A stretch of 64,000 bases of DNA from an uncultured Chloroflexia bacterium (GCA_963826685.1 CAWGYC010000016.1:14849-78848); one strand, 5' to 3'. Counted from the first letter of the stretch, positions 26,840-36,872 are shown. Numbers and translations are program-made. The notes: generated from the sequence alone by a model not told the origin.

Positions 26840-27706
26840 ATGGCTATCCGAATCACGCGACTATCCAAACGCAGCCTGATCGTCGAGACGCCGGTCATGA
26901 ACTCGGCGGGGACGCTCGGCTATGGCGATCAATACCGCGACTTGATCGACCTCGCCGCGCTGGGCGCTTTCGTCACCAATCCACTGACCTATACCGCGTG
27001 GAGTCCGGCGAGCGGCACGCGCGTCGTCCCGGTCGATTTGGGCGTGCTGATTCACACCGGGCTGCCCAACCCCGGCTTGTCCAAAGTGATCGAGGAATAC
27101 CGCGCCGTCTGGGAACGAATCCCCGTGCCGGTGATCGCTCACGTGGTCGTCAACAAAGCCGACGAGGTGCGCCAATCGGTCGCCCTGCTCGAACGCGAGG
27201 AGTCGATTGACGCTATCGAACTGGGCATGAGCGACGACATCAGCGCGGCGGAGATCGAGTGGTACATCCGCAGCGTTTCCGGGCGCGCCGAGAAACCGCT
27301 GCTGGTTCGCCTGCCGTTCGGCGCAACCCTCGATCACGCTAAAGCCGCCGTCGACGGCGGGGCGGACGCGCTGGTCGCCTTCGCGCCGCCGCGCGGCACG
27401 GCGCGCGACCGCAGCGGGCGCTTGGTCGCCGGGCGGATTTACGGTCCGCTGACGCATCCGCTCGTCCTGCGCATGATCGGGCAGTTGGCGCGCCGGATCA
27501 CCGCCGTCCCGTTGATCGCCTCTGGCGGCATTCACTCGCCCCAGCACGCGCGCGATTACATCGAGGCGGGCGCGTCCGCCGTGCAGGTCGGATCGGCGGC
27601 GTGGGCGATGCCCAAGCTGATCGAGACCATCGCCCGCGACCTCGGCGGCATGCAGCTTACCCAACCCTCCGACCCGCTGGAGGATTTCTTCAGCGACGGG
27701 TCGTAG
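26840..27706 (+). CDS. dihydroorotate dehydrogenase-like FMN TIM-barrel protein (catalytic loop degenerate)
   Basis: PVMNSAGTLG, PLIASGGIHS, GASAVQVGS; no N-x-S-C-P-N loop. Confidence 0.75.
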   Translation: MAIRITRLSKRSLIVETPVMNSAGTLGYGDQYRDLIDLAALGAFVTNPLTYTAWSPASGTRVVPVDLGVLIHTGLPNPGLSKVIEEYRAVWERIPVPVIAHVVVNKADEVRQSVALLEREESIDAIELGMSDDISAAEIEWYIRSVSGRAEKPLLVRLPFGATLDHAKAAVDGGADALVAFAPPRGTARDRSGRLVAGRIYGPLTHPLVLRMIGQLARRITAVPLIASGGIHSPQHARDYIEAGASAVQVGSAAWAMPKLIETIARDLGGMQLTQPSDPLEDFFSDGS

Positions 27707-27889
27707 GTAACCTCACCCCCCAGCCCCCTCTCCATGCAATGGAGAGGGGGAGCGCCCACCGTTATGCGCCCGACGAATGCCCAGCTTGTTCGCCTCTCCC
27801 GGTCGTGGTTGACTTCCCAAGTCTTCGCTTTTGCGCTACATTTAAGCGAGCATTTCACTCACAGTTTAATTCTAAGCTCAGGGTGGGCG

Positions 27890-28582
27890 ATGAACGCGGC
27901 AGATGATCCAATTGTGCTGGCGAAGGTGACGTGGCAAGACCCGGAGTCCGGGGAGACCCGCGAATTGTCGTTAGCCGAAGGGGCGACGATCACTATCGGT
28001 CGCCTAGAGTCCAACGAAATTTGCATTCGCGAGCAGCACGTTTCTCGCCAGCACGCCAGCATCGCCTACCGCGACGGCGTCTTCATGATCACCGACCTCG
28101 GCAGCGCCAACGGCGTCTTCGTCAACGACCAGCGCTTGAGCGCACCGTTTCCCCTCGCCTCCGGCGATCAGATTCGCCTCTACGTGCCGCTGCTACGCTT
28201 CGACGCTATCATGGACGAGGAGAGCCAGCGCCAAGCGACCGAACACGGCGCGCGCTTGGGCATCAAGCTCGACGGCAGCAGCGTCAGCCTGCTGATCACC
28301 AACGGGCTGCAGGAGGGCGAGACCATGCCGCTGCTGCTCAACAGCGTCTCGGTGGGGCGCGCCACCACCAGCGCCGAATGGGACGTCTGCTTGCAAGACT
28401 CGTCGGTCTCGCGCCCGCACGCCCGGCTTGACCTGATCGATACGACGTGGGTCGTCTACGACCTCGGCAGCGCCAACGGCACGCGGGTCAACGGCACGCC
28501 CGTCACCGAAAAGGGGCGCGTCCTCCACGACGGCGATACCATCACCTTCGGCTCGACCAGCGCCGAATTCCACACGACCTAA
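27890..28582 (+). CDS. double-FHA-domain protein
   Basis: Two FHA signatures: IGR..VSRQHA..DLGSANG and VGR..VSRPHA..DLGSANGT. Confidence 0.92.
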   Translation: MNAADDPIVLAKVTWQDPESGETRELSLAEGATITIGRLESNEICIREQHVSRQHASIAYRDGVFMITDLGSANGVFVNDQRLSAPFPLASGDQIRLYVPLLRFDAIMDEESQRQATEHGARLGIKLDGSSVSLLITNGLQEGETMPLLLNSVSVGRATTSAEWDVCLQDSSVSRPHARLDLIDTTWVVYDLGSANGTRVNGTPVTEKGRVLHDGDTITFGSTSAEFHTT

Positions 28583-28636
28583 CGCCCGTACCGAATCCCG
28601 TGATCACAGGACTAATGACCAACCTCACCCCTAAAT

Positions 28637-28842
28637 AGGCTTGTCCGGTACTCGAATCAGCATCATTTGTCTCTTGCTGCCGCTGCTGACCCCACCCCCG
28701 ACCCCTCCCCGACTTCAGGGAGGGGAGCGTACACGCCGTTGGCTGCCGACACGCTGCGTTTTTCCCGAAGCTGCGAGGCAAGTGCCGACGATTCGGGGCA
28801 CGGTTAGGGAGCACGGCTATGTTTTGAATACCGGACAAGGCT
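28637..28842. mobile_element. MITE-1 copy 2
   Basis: 206 bp, same TIRs (right end variant), TAAAT flanks. Confidence 0.85.
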
Positions 28843-29084
28843 TAAATCCCCTCTCCATTGCATAGAGAGGGGGCTTAAAAACTCGTTGTAGCCTGTTTTC
28901 CACCCCCTCGCTACGCAGTGGAGAAGTGGCTTTCGCACTATCGTGCGCCCCGCCAGCGACAGTTGCGAGTTTGGTGGTGATCGTCATCCCCAATTCATGA
29001 CGTTCGACCATCGACAACCCACCCCATTTGATCTTGATAATGGATGAATCCAACTTCCCAAATTTCATTACTGGAGGAATGACC

Positions 29085-30617
29085 ATGAGCGAGTACCAGT
29101 TTATTGTCGTTGGCGCTGGCTCTGGCGGCGCTGTGATGGCGAATCGCTTGAGCGAAAACCCCGACGTAAAAGTGTTATTGCTAGAAGCTGGCTATCCCAA
29201 AATCCCGGATAACGTCCGCGATCCTTCCCTGTGGTACACCCTGCTTGGCTCGGAAATCGACTGGCACTACCAGAGCGTCCCCCAGCCGGGTTTGAACGGT
29301 CGCCAGACTTTCGAGCCGCGCGGTAAGCTGCCCGGCGGATCGAGCAATCTCTACCTGATGATGCACATTCGCGGTCACGTCTCCGACTTCGACAACTGGG
29401 CATACAGCGGCGCGCCCGGTTGGGCATATGAGGATGCGCTGCCCTACTTCAAAAAGGTCGAGGATCAAGAGGACGACACCAGCCCATGGGCGGGTCACGG
29501 CGGCATGATGAGCGTGATCAACGCGGGCAAGCACGGTCCCAACCCGACCTCGAACGCTTTCATCGAGGCTTGCCTCGAACTCGGCTTTTCCGGGACCGAT
29601 GACTTCAACGGTCCCAATATGGAGGGCGTTGGCTGGCATCACATCAACGTCAAGGACGGCAAGCGCCACAGCGCCAACGAAGCCTATTTGGAGCCGTTCC
29701 TCGGCGTGCGCGACAACCTGACGCTGACCACCGGCGCGCAGACGACTCGCCTGCTGTTCGAGGGCAAGCGCTGCGTCGGCGTCGAGTACGTGCAGGACGG
29801 CGAAACGAAGACTGCCCGCGCCAGCGGCGAGGTGATCGTCTGCTGCGGCGCGCTGGAGTCGCCCAAGCTGCTGCTGGTATCGGGCATTGGTCCCGCCGAG
29901 CAGTTGCAGCAGTTCGACATCCCGGTCGTCGTCGATCTCCCCGGCGTGGGCGAGAACTTCCACAATCACGTCCTCACCGGCGTGATCTACGAGTGCAAGC
30001 AGCCCGTCCCGCAGGGCACGCAAAACCTGTCCGAAAGCGCGCTGTTCTGCAAATCCGAACCCGGCTGGGTCGGTCCCGACTTGCAGCTTGGTTTCGTCCA
30101 CGTCCCCTTCAACATCATCATCGGGCAGGGGCATCCCAATTCGGTCAGCATTCTACCCGGCGTCGTCCGCCCGATGTCGCGCGGCTGGATTCGCCTTGCC
30201 AGCGCCGACCCGCTCGCCAAGCCGCTGATCAATCCGAACTATCTCGGCGCGACCTCCGACCTCGTGCGGCTCAAGGATGCGGTCAAGCTGGCGCGCGACA
30301 TCTTCCATACCGCCGCTTTTGCCGATTGGGTCGGCGACGAATTGATGCCCGGTCCCGATGTCAAATCCGACGCCGAACTGCTTGAGTTCACCCGGAACAG
30401 CGCCGACTCGTATCACCATCAGTCCGGCTCGTGCAAGATGGGGTCGGATCAAATGGCGGTGGTCGATCCGCAGCTTCGCGTCTACGGCGTCGAGGGCTTG
30501 CGCATCGCCGACGCCAGCGTCATGCCGGTCGTGCCGTCGGGCAACTGCCACGCCGCCATCATGATGATCGCCGAGCGCGGCGCCGATTTGATCAAGGCAG
30601 ATCACGGCATTAGCTAG
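29085..30617 (+). CDS. GMC oxidoreductase (choline dehydrogenase-like)
   Basis: IVVGAGSGGAV, PRGKLPGGSSN, GVGENFHNH, YHHQSGSCKMG, GLRIADASVMP; RBS GGAGGA. Confidence 0.93.
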   Translation: MSEYQFIVVGAGSGGAVMANRLSENPDVKVLLLEAGYPKIPDNVRDPSLWYTLLGSEIDWHYQSVPQPGLNGRQTFEPRGKLPGGSSNLYLMMHIRGHVSDFDNWAYSGAPGWAYEDALPYFKKVEDQEDDTSPWAGHGGMMSVINAGKHGPNPTSNAFIEACLELGFSGTDDFNGPNMEGVGWHHINVKDGKRHSANEAYLEPFLGVRDNLTLTTGAQTTRLLFEGKRCVGVEYVQDGETKTARASGEVIVCCGALESPKLLLVSGIGPAEQLQQFDIPVVVDLPGVGENFHNHVLTGVIYECKQPVPQGTQNLSESALFCKSEPGWVGPDLQLGFVHVPFNIIIGQGHPNSVSILPGVVRPMSRGWIRLASADPLAKPLINPNYLGATSDLVRLKDAVKLARDIFHTAAFADWVGDELMPGPDVKSDAELLEFTRNSADSYHHQSGSCKMGSDQMAVVDPQLRVYGVEGLRIADASVMPVVPSGNCHAAIMMIAERGADLIKADHGIS

Positions 30618-30808
30618 TTACCTCACCCCCGCAAACCTTCGGTTTGCCGCCCCCTCTCCCTAGGAGAGGGGGCAAAACCAATCCGGTTGCAGCGACGGAT
30701 TAAAGTTTGTAGGGGCGAACCTATGTGTTCGCCCCCAATGGGGCAGACACGCCGGTCTGCCCCTACAACCCACGCGATCCAATCAATTATGGGTAGGGGC
30801 AGGTTTCA

Positions 30809-30952
30809 GAGGGTGTCTAAAAAGTCGCGCTTTTGACCCCACCCCCGACCCCTCCCCGACTTCAGGGAGGGGAGAGTACCCTGTCTATTTCCGGTATAGA
30901 TGATCAGGTTTTGCGATTTTTCGACACCACAGCGGTGTTTTTCAACACCCTC
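30809..30952. mobile_element. MITE-2 (144 bp) in the loop of a family A REP
   Basis: TIRs GAGGGTGTCTAAAAA / TTTTTCAACACCCTC; TCA duplicated at 30806-08 and 30953-55; removal restores the hairpin GTAGGGGCAGGTT-TCA-AACCTGCCCCTAC. Confidence 0.75.
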
Positions 30953-30984
30953 TCAAACCTGCCCCTACGATTCGCCGTTTTGAT

Positions 30985-31884
30985 CTAGACTGCTGTTCTC
31001 TCCGCTAGGTGATCGCCCTGCATCAGCCACAGATAGCCGTCTTCGAGACTCGGCTCGACCTGCTCTGCGCCCGCGTAACCCGCCGCGTCCCCGACCACCC
31101 GGTACTGCGTCCCGCCCTGCATTTGCAGCGATGACACCACCGTCAGCCGGTCGTCGGGGCGCTGATCCAGCCGCGCGCCCTGAATCGTCAGCGTCCAAAC
31201 CTGCCCCCGCGCCCGCTCGATCACGTCGCCCGGCGATCCGCGAAACAGCACCCGTCCTTCGCGCAGCACAGCGAGATCGTTGCAGCTTTGGCTGATGTCC
31301 TCGACGATGTGGGTCGAGAGGATGATCGTCCGCTCGCTCGACATGTCCGCCAGCAGATTACGGAAGCGCACGCGCTCCTCCGGGTCGAGTCCTGAGGTCG
31401 GCTCGTCCACGATCAGCAGCTTGGGGTCGCCCAGCAGCGCTTGCGCGATGCCGATCCGCCGCTTCATGCCGCCGGAATAGGTCTTGAGCCGCCGCTCCGC
31501 CGCGTCGCTCAGCCGCACTTTGGCGATCAAGTCGGCGATCTGGCGCTGGCGCTCGCTCTTGTCGGTGATGCCCTTGAGGATCGCCATATAATCCAAAAAC
31601 TCGTAGGCGTTCAGGTTGGGATATAAGCCCAAATCTTGGGGAAGATATCCCAAATGGGATTTCGCAGATTGCCGTCCCGCATGGGTCGAGAGGTCATGCC
31701 CGAAGACCGTCACCCGCCCGCTGCTGGCGCGCAGCAGCCCCGCCAGAATCCGCATCAGCGTGGTTTTGCCCGCGCCGTTGGGACCCACCAGCCCGAACAT
31801 CCCCGTGCCAATCGTCAAATCGACGCCGTTCAGGGCATTCACCTTGCCCTTGTAGGTTTTGGTCAGCTTTTCAATCTCGATCAT
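30985..31884 (-). CDS. ABC-2 type exporter ATP-binding protein
   Basis: GPNGAGKT, YSGGMKRR, IVDEPTSGLD, LSTH. Confidence 0.95.
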   Translation of the reverse strand: MIEIEKLTKTYKGKVNALNGVDLTIGTGMFGLVGPNGAGKTTLMRILAGLLRASSGRVTVFGHDLSTHAGRQSAKSHLGYLPQDLGLYPNLNAYEFLDYMAILKGITDKSERQRQIADLIAKVRLSDAAERRLKTYSGGMKRRIGIAQALLGDPKLLIVDEPTSGLDPEERVRFRNLLADMSSERTIILSTHIVEDISQSCNDLAVLREGRVLFRGSPGDVIERARGQVWTLTIQGARLDQRPDDRLTVVSSLQMQGGTQYRVVGDAAGYAGAEQVEPSLEDGYLWLMQGDHLAERTAV

Positions 31885-32060
31885 TTCGAAGTTCTCCAGT
31901 ATTTGACACTGCCTTCAGCCCTTCTTACCTCACCCGCTTCGCTAGCGCTCAGCCGCCCTCTCCATTGCATGGAGAGGGCACGACCGAGCTTGCGAGGTCG
32001 GGGTGAGGTTGCTTTTTCTTTCTCCCCCTCGCCCTACGGAGAGGGGGACGGGGGGTGAGG

Positions 32061-32879
32061 TCATCCTTTCGCGCGCAGCCACCCCCACGCGATGCTCCAC
32101 GCTGCCAGCGTCACGCCCGCGAGCAGCGCCAGCTCACTTTCGATATGCGCGGTGATCTCCGCCGCCAGCGAGACGCCGCGCGGCAGAATCACCGTCGAGC
32201 GCAGATATGCCGGTTCGATCCACGCTTCGGCGTACATCAAATTGAAGAATGCCGTCCACACCAGCAGCAGAAACAGCGGGATCAGCAGCAGACTGAACAA
32301 TACCGCCATGCGGCGGCTGCCCCAGAACACGGTCGCCAGCACGCTGACGGCGCCGTTGGCGAGGCACATCGGCAGCACCATCACCAGCCACAGCAGCGCG
32401 AGCACCCGCAGGTCGAATGATCCGAGGATCAAGCGCTGCGTGAGCGTGCTCACCGCGCCGCCGGTCAGCAGGATCAGGATCACGCCAGCCCACATGCCCA
32501 TCAGCTTGCCGCCGAGATACTGCGCGCGGCTGACCGGCAGCGTATCCAGCAGTTCGCGGAGTTTGAACTGCCGGTCGAGCGGGATCGTCTCCGCGCCGAT
32601 CAGCACCAGCGCGAGGTTGAAGACGAGCATGATCAAGGAGAGGTAGCCCGTCAACATCTGCGTCTGCATGAATTCCTCGACGCTCCACCCGCTGGCAGCG
32701 GCGGCGGCTGTGGTGATCGGATCGATGATGCGGATGACGCCCGGCTGTGTCGCCAGCGACGCCGCCAGCAGGCTGAAGGCGAGGCTCGTCAGCACCAGCA
32801 CCAGCCACAGGATCGGCAGGCTGCGCCGTCGCCACGCCATCAGCAGTTCGTAACGCGCAATCGCAGCGACCTTGACCAT
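32061..32879 (-). CDS. ABC-2 type permease (paralogue 1)
   Basis: RYELLMAWRRRSLPILW; IPLDRQFKLRELLDTLPVSRAQYLGGK. Confidence 0.85.
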   Translation of the reverse strand: MVKVAAIARYELLMAWRRRSLPILWLVLVLTSLAFSLLAASLATQPGVIRIIDPITTAAAAASGWSVEEFMQTQMLTGYLSLIMLVFNLALVLIGAETIPLDRQFKLRELLDTLPVSRAQYLGGKLMGMWAGVILILLTGGAVSTLTQRLILGSFDLRVLALLWLVMVLPMCLANGAVSVLATVFWGSRRMAVLFSLLLIPLFLLLVWTAFFNLMYAEAWIEPAYLRSTVILPRGVSLAAEITAHIESELALLAGVTLAAWSIAWGWLRAKG

Positions 32880-32883
32880 CGCT

Positions 32884-33711
32884 CTACCCTTCCCGCACCC
32901 GCATCCACCCCCACACGACCACCCACGCGGTCAGCGTGACTCCCACGAACAGCGCCAGCGCGTTGATGATCCGCTCGGCGATCACGGCGTTGGACTCCGC
33001 GCCGGGTTGCAGCATGATGCTGACCGCGTAGATCGGCTCGATCAGCGCGCCGACGCCCGCGAACGAGATCACCGACGAGAACGCCAGCACCAGCGCGAAG
33101 GGCATCACCGCCAGCCCGACCAGCACCGCCGCCCGGCGGCTGCCGGCGAACGACGCGGCTAATATGGTCAGCGCCGCTGCGCCGAAGCTTTCCGGCAGCA
33201 GCATCGCGATCCAGAGGGCGGCGAACACGCGCAGGTCATAGGCACCGATGATCAGCCAGACCAGCGGCGCGGCGATCATGCCGACCAGCACCGTACCGAT
33301 CAGCAGCCCCGCCCACGCGCTCACGATTTTGCCGCTCAGATAGGTCGCCCGGCTGAGCGGCAGCGTGTCGAGCAGTTCGCGGACTTTGAACTGCCGATCC
33401 AGCGGGATGACTTCCGCCATCAGCAGCACCACGCCGACGGTGTAGAAGATCATCCCGGCGATCAGCAGGTTGCCGAGCGTGATCGTGTGGCTGGCGACCA
33501 CCGGGTTGATCCCCTGCGCCCATTCCGGCGCGTCGGCGTTGGTCAAGACCTGCGCCACGTCGTTGTAGACCGGCGACTCTTGGTTGACGCTGCGCATCAA
33601 GAGCGCGAAGGTGATCACGCCGACCAGCAGCAGCAGCCACAGGATCGGCAGGCTGCGCCGCCGCCATGCCATTAAGAACTCGTAGCGCAGCATCGCGCCG
33701 ACTTTGCTCAT
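32884..33711 (-). CDS. ABC-2 type permease (paralogue 2)
   Basis: LRYEFLMAWRRRSLPILW; IPLDRQFKVRELLDTLPLSRATYLSGK. Confidence 0.85.
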   Translation of the reverse strand: MSKVGAMLRYEFLMAWRRRSLPILWLLLLVGVITFALLMRSVNQESPVYNDVAQVLTNADAPEWAQGINPVVASHTITLGNLLIAGMIFYTVGVVLLMAEVIPLDRQFKVRELLDTLPLSRATYLSGKIVSAWAGLLIGTVLVGMIAAPLVWLIIGAYDLRVFAALWIAMLLPESFGAAALTILAASFAGSRRAAVLVGLAVMPFALVLAFSSVISFAGVGALIEPIYAVSIMLQPGAESNAVIAERIINALALFVGVTLTAWVVVWGWMRVREG

Positions 33712-33734
33712 TTGGATAACTCCATGTTGATCCT

Positions 33735-34508
33735 TCAATCAGCGGAAAAAGTGTGCTGCCGCGCCCAGACGAACGTCCACAACGCGGTCACGATCAGCGC
33801 GTCGAGCGCCAGCATTCCGACGATGCCGCTGGCGATCTCGTCAGCCGACGCGGGAGGCTGAATCCAGCCGTGGATGTTCAGCTTGAAGCTGTAAGCCGGG
33901 TCGATCAGCGCGGCGGCTCTGCCCAACGTCATCGTCGACAGGACGGCGATGACGATCACCGGCGTCAGGGTCAGCAGCCCGACGGTGACGCTTTCCCGCC
34001 GGTTGCGACTCCAAGCATTCGCCAGCACCGTAATCGCCGTGACGGTCAGCCCCAGCGGGAGCAGGGTGCTCCACAGCGCCGCGAAGGCGCGTGGGTCGAA
34101 GCCTCCCCAACTGGCGTAGAGCAGCACCCCGCTAATCACGCCGCCGAGCAGCAGGCTCAGGATCACGCCGACCCAGACGCTCAGCAGCTTGCCGCCCAGA
34201 TAAACCGCGCGGCTGATCGGGAGCGCATCGAGCAGCTCGCGGACTTTGAACTGCCGATCCAGCGGGATGCTGTCGCCCAGCAGCAGCGGCAGGCTCACGC
34301 CGAGGGTGATCATCTCCACGAACATGAGTTCGCTGAGCTGAACCGTGTTCGTCAGCGGGTCGAAGTCGCCGGGGGGATAGCGCGTCTCTTTGCCCAGCAG
34401 CCCGAAGCCGACCGTCGTGATCGTCGGCAGCAGTCCCAGCAGCGGCAGGCTGCCCCGCCGCCACGCCATCAAGAGTTCGCAGCGCAGCATCGCGCCGAGT
34501 TTGCTCAT
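33735..34508 (-). CDS. ABC-2 type permease (paralogue 3)
   Basis: LRCELLMAWRRGSLPLL; IPLDRQFKVRELLDALPISRAVYLGGK; start placed at ATG 34508. Confidence 0.85.
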   Translation of the reverse strand: MSKLGAMLRCELLMAWRRGSLPLLGLLPTITTVGFGLLGKETRYPPGDFDPLTNTVQLSELMFVEMITLGVSLPLLLGDSIPLDRQFKVRELLDALPISRAVYLGGKLLSVWVGVILSLLLGGVISGVLLYASWGGFDPRAFAALWSTLLPLGLTVTAITVLANAWSRNRRESVTVGLLTLTPVIVIAVLSTMTLGRAAALIDPAYSFKLNIHGWIQPPASADEIASGIVGMLALDALIVTALWTFVWARQHTFSAD

Positions 34509-35212
34509 CCGTTTTTGTCCTCCTGAAAGCCGAGCAGCTTTTCTTCGTCGCGCATCCGGTACAGCACCAGCCCCACCGCCACCACACCGACCGCCAGCAG
34601 GAACAGCCGGTTGACCAGATATTGATCCGCCGTCACCATGTTTGGATCGACGTAGAAGATCATGAACCACAAGTCCGGGAAGACCGGCAGAATCACCTCG
34701 CGCCCGAATGCCATCGCCACGCAGATCATGATCGCCGTCAGCACGCCGAACGCCGCCCGCCGCGCGTAGAGCGTCGCCGCCAAACACAGCCCGACGATGC
34801 AGACCGTCGGCGGCAGCCAGACGATCACGAGGGTCAAGAAATTCGCGCCCTGCGTGATCGCCGCCAGCAGCGAGAGCGCCAGCGCCAGCCCACCTTGCAG
34901 CGCGATCAGCACGCCCAGCCGCTCATAGATCAAGTAGACCGGCGGGCGCGGTGCTGCCAGCAGCAGTTCGAGCGCCGGTTCGTCATCCGGCGCGAACAGC
35001 AGCGCCGCGTGCAGCCCGGCGATCAGCGGGATGATGACCTCGAAACTGGCAAACGTCGACTCAGCCAACTCGGAATTTGCCAGCGCAATCGCCACCCGCG
35101 CGATCAGCAGCGCCCCGCCGACGAACGCCAGCAGCCAGCCGGTCGCGCGCAGACTGAAGCGCCACGCCAGCACCCAGTGGTTCAATGAGGTGCTGCCTGT
35201 AGGCGCATTCAT
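34505..35212 (-). CDS. ABC-2 type permease-like membrane protein
   Basis: DDEPALELLLAAPRPP...YERL motif; about 6 TMs. Confidence 0.8.
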   Translation of the reverse strand: MNAPTGSTSLNHWVLAWRFSLRATGWLLAFVGGALLIARVAIALANSELAESTFASFEVIIPLIAGLHAALLFAPDDEPALELLLAAPRPPVYLIYERLGVLIALQGGLALALSLLAAITQGANFLTLVIVWLPPTVCIVGLCLAATLYARRAAFGVLTAIMICVAMAFGREVILPVFPDLWFMIFYVDPNMVTADQYLVNRLFLLAVGVVAVGLVLYRMRDEEKLLGFQEDKNG

Positions 35213-35404
35213 TGATGGTTTATGAAAAGTCACTGTTTTGACCCCACCCCCGACCCCTCCGGGCAACCTTCGGTTGCCTTTGCTTCAGGGAGGGGCGAGT
35301 ACCCTGTCCGGTTCTTGCGAACGGTTCGCCATGGGCGGGATTGGCGAGATGTGCGCAGTTTCTAAACGCCCTCATGGAATGCCTCGATAATTCTCGTTCA
35401 TCAA

Positions 35405-36337
35405 TCAAGATATTCCTCTCGACCAGCGTTCCTCGCGCTCCGCCAGCCACAGCGCCAGCCCAACCAGCGGCAGCGCGGCGATCAGCAGGGCGGGTTGGAA
35501 CGAAATTTGCAACATATCTGGCAAGAAAAACGGTTCCAAGCTGACGAAATGCCGCGCTGCCGCGCCGATCCACAACAGCAGGCTGATCAGCACGCTCGCC
35601 AGCGAGTCGAAGAAGACCACGCTGAGCAGGAATGCCAGCGCCGAGAGAAAGGTCATCGGCGCGAGCCACGCGGCGATCAGCGGCACCAGCGAGAGTCCCG
35701 TTTGGGTCAGTGCCAACAAAACGCTGCACGCCAGCGTGATCAGCAGGTTGAAGCCGAACAAGAGCGCCAGCCGCCCCAGCAGGATCACGCGCGGCGAGAC
35801 CGGCGTCGCCAGTTGCAGTTCAAGCGCCGGATCGGCGTCCAATCCGTAGAGGAAGGCGACGCCGCAGGCTGCCACCAGCGGCGCGACGATCACCAGCGGC
35901 AGTTCCGCGCCGCTCTGCGCCGGGCGGTAGAGGATCAGCGTCACCAGCGCGCCGAGCGCGATCACCAGCGCCGACGCCGCCCACGTCGCCGGGTGCACCA
36001 GCCGAAACTGCGCCCGCAGGATCAGCCCCGCCCACGCGATACGGCTGACCTCACCCCTAAATCCCCTCTCCATTGCATAGAGAGGGGACTTCAACGCCCC
36101 GGTTGAGTCATTCGGCGGGTTGGGCAGGGGCGCAGCGCGCTGTGCCCCTACAGGAGTCGCAGTCACCGGGTGCTGAGCGTCTAGCTGGGTTTCGAGCAGA
36201 GCGATCAGCCGGGCTTTCGCCGCCGCGTCAGGCGCGGGATCACGCCAGCGGTGCAGGAACGCGCCGACCTGCTCAGCTTCGTCGAAGCCGACGTCTTTGG
36301 GGATTTCCTCAGAATGCTTACCGTTCGGGGACATCAT
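35405..36337 (-). CDS. putative anti-sigma / permease-like membrane protein
   Basis: Overlaps the ECF sigma gene end; soluble N-terminus, then TMs with DPALELQLATPVSPR...LGRL. Confidence 0.75.
   Translation of the reverse strand: MMSPNGKHSEEIPKDVGFDEAEQVGAFLHRWRDPAPDAAAKARLIALLETQLDAQHPVTATPVGAQRAAPLPNPPNDSTGALKSPLYAMERGFRGEVSRIAWAGLILRAQFRLVHPATWAASALVIALGALVTLILYRPAQSGAELPLVIVAPLVAACGVAFLYGLDADPALELQLATPVSPRVILLGRLALLFGFNLLITLACSVLLALTQTGLSLVPLIAAWLAPMTFLSALAFLLSVVFFDSLASVLISLLLWIGAAARHFVSLEPFFLPDMLQISFQPALLIAALPLVGLALWLAEREERWSRGIS
36048..36151. repeat. family B and family A REPs in frame inside the putative anti-sigma CDS
   Basis: ACCTCACCCCTAAATCCCCTCTCCATTGCATAGAGAGGGG encodes KSPLYAMERGFRGEV; AGGGGCGCAGCGCGCTGTGCCCCTAC encodes VGAQRAAP. 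Confidence 0.85.
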
Positions 36338-36872
36338 TTTGAGTCTCCATCCGTTCGCGCAAGCGCTTGACGCCGTTGAACAGCCGCGATTTGACCGTCC
36401 CTAACGGGATCGCCAGCACGTCGGCGATTGCTTGCTGCGAAAGTGATTGATAAAAGGAGAGGACGATCACCTCGCGCTGCGCGTCGGGCAGTGTATCGAG
36501 CGCGGCGATCACGGCTTGCGCCTCCGCGTCGGCGATCAGGGCGGCGTCGGGCGGATCGTCCGCGCCATACTCCTGATCCTCGGCAGGATTATCGGCGCGG
36601 CGCGTGTCGGCGGCGGCGTAGTGATTACGCGCCAGATGGGTCGCAATCGCGTACAGCCACGGCTTGAACGGGCGCGAAACCTGATAGCCGTCGATGCCGC
36701 GCAGCGCGCGCAGAAAGGTCTCCTGCGCTAAGTCCTGCGCCAGCGCCCGGTCGCCGCGCGCCAGCCGGTAGAGATAGCCCAGCAGCGGATCGTAATGCCG
36801 CTCGACCAGTTCGCCGAGCGCGGCACGATCCCCTTGTTGTAACTGCTGCGCCAATTTCTCGTCGGTCGCCAT
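36318..36872 (-). CDS. ECF (sigma-70 group 4) RNA polymerase sigma factor
   Basis: AQDLAQETFLR, FKPWLYAIA, LPDAQREVI, IPLGTVKSRL. Confidence 0.95.
   Translation of the reverse strand: MATDEKLAQQLQQGDRAALGELVERHYDPLLGYLYRLARGDRALAQDLAQETFLRALRGIDGYQVSRPFKPWLYAIATHLARNHYAAADTRRADNPAEDQEYGADDPPDAALIADAEAQAVIAALDTLPDAQREVIVLSFYQSLSQQAIADVLAIPLGTVKSRLFNGVKRLRERMETQNDVPER

Noticed and set aside
26600-26840. Riboswitch or RutR-like box upstream of the ABC importer
   Set aside because: No TPP or purine riboswitch signature seen; the partial palindromes match no consensus convincingly.
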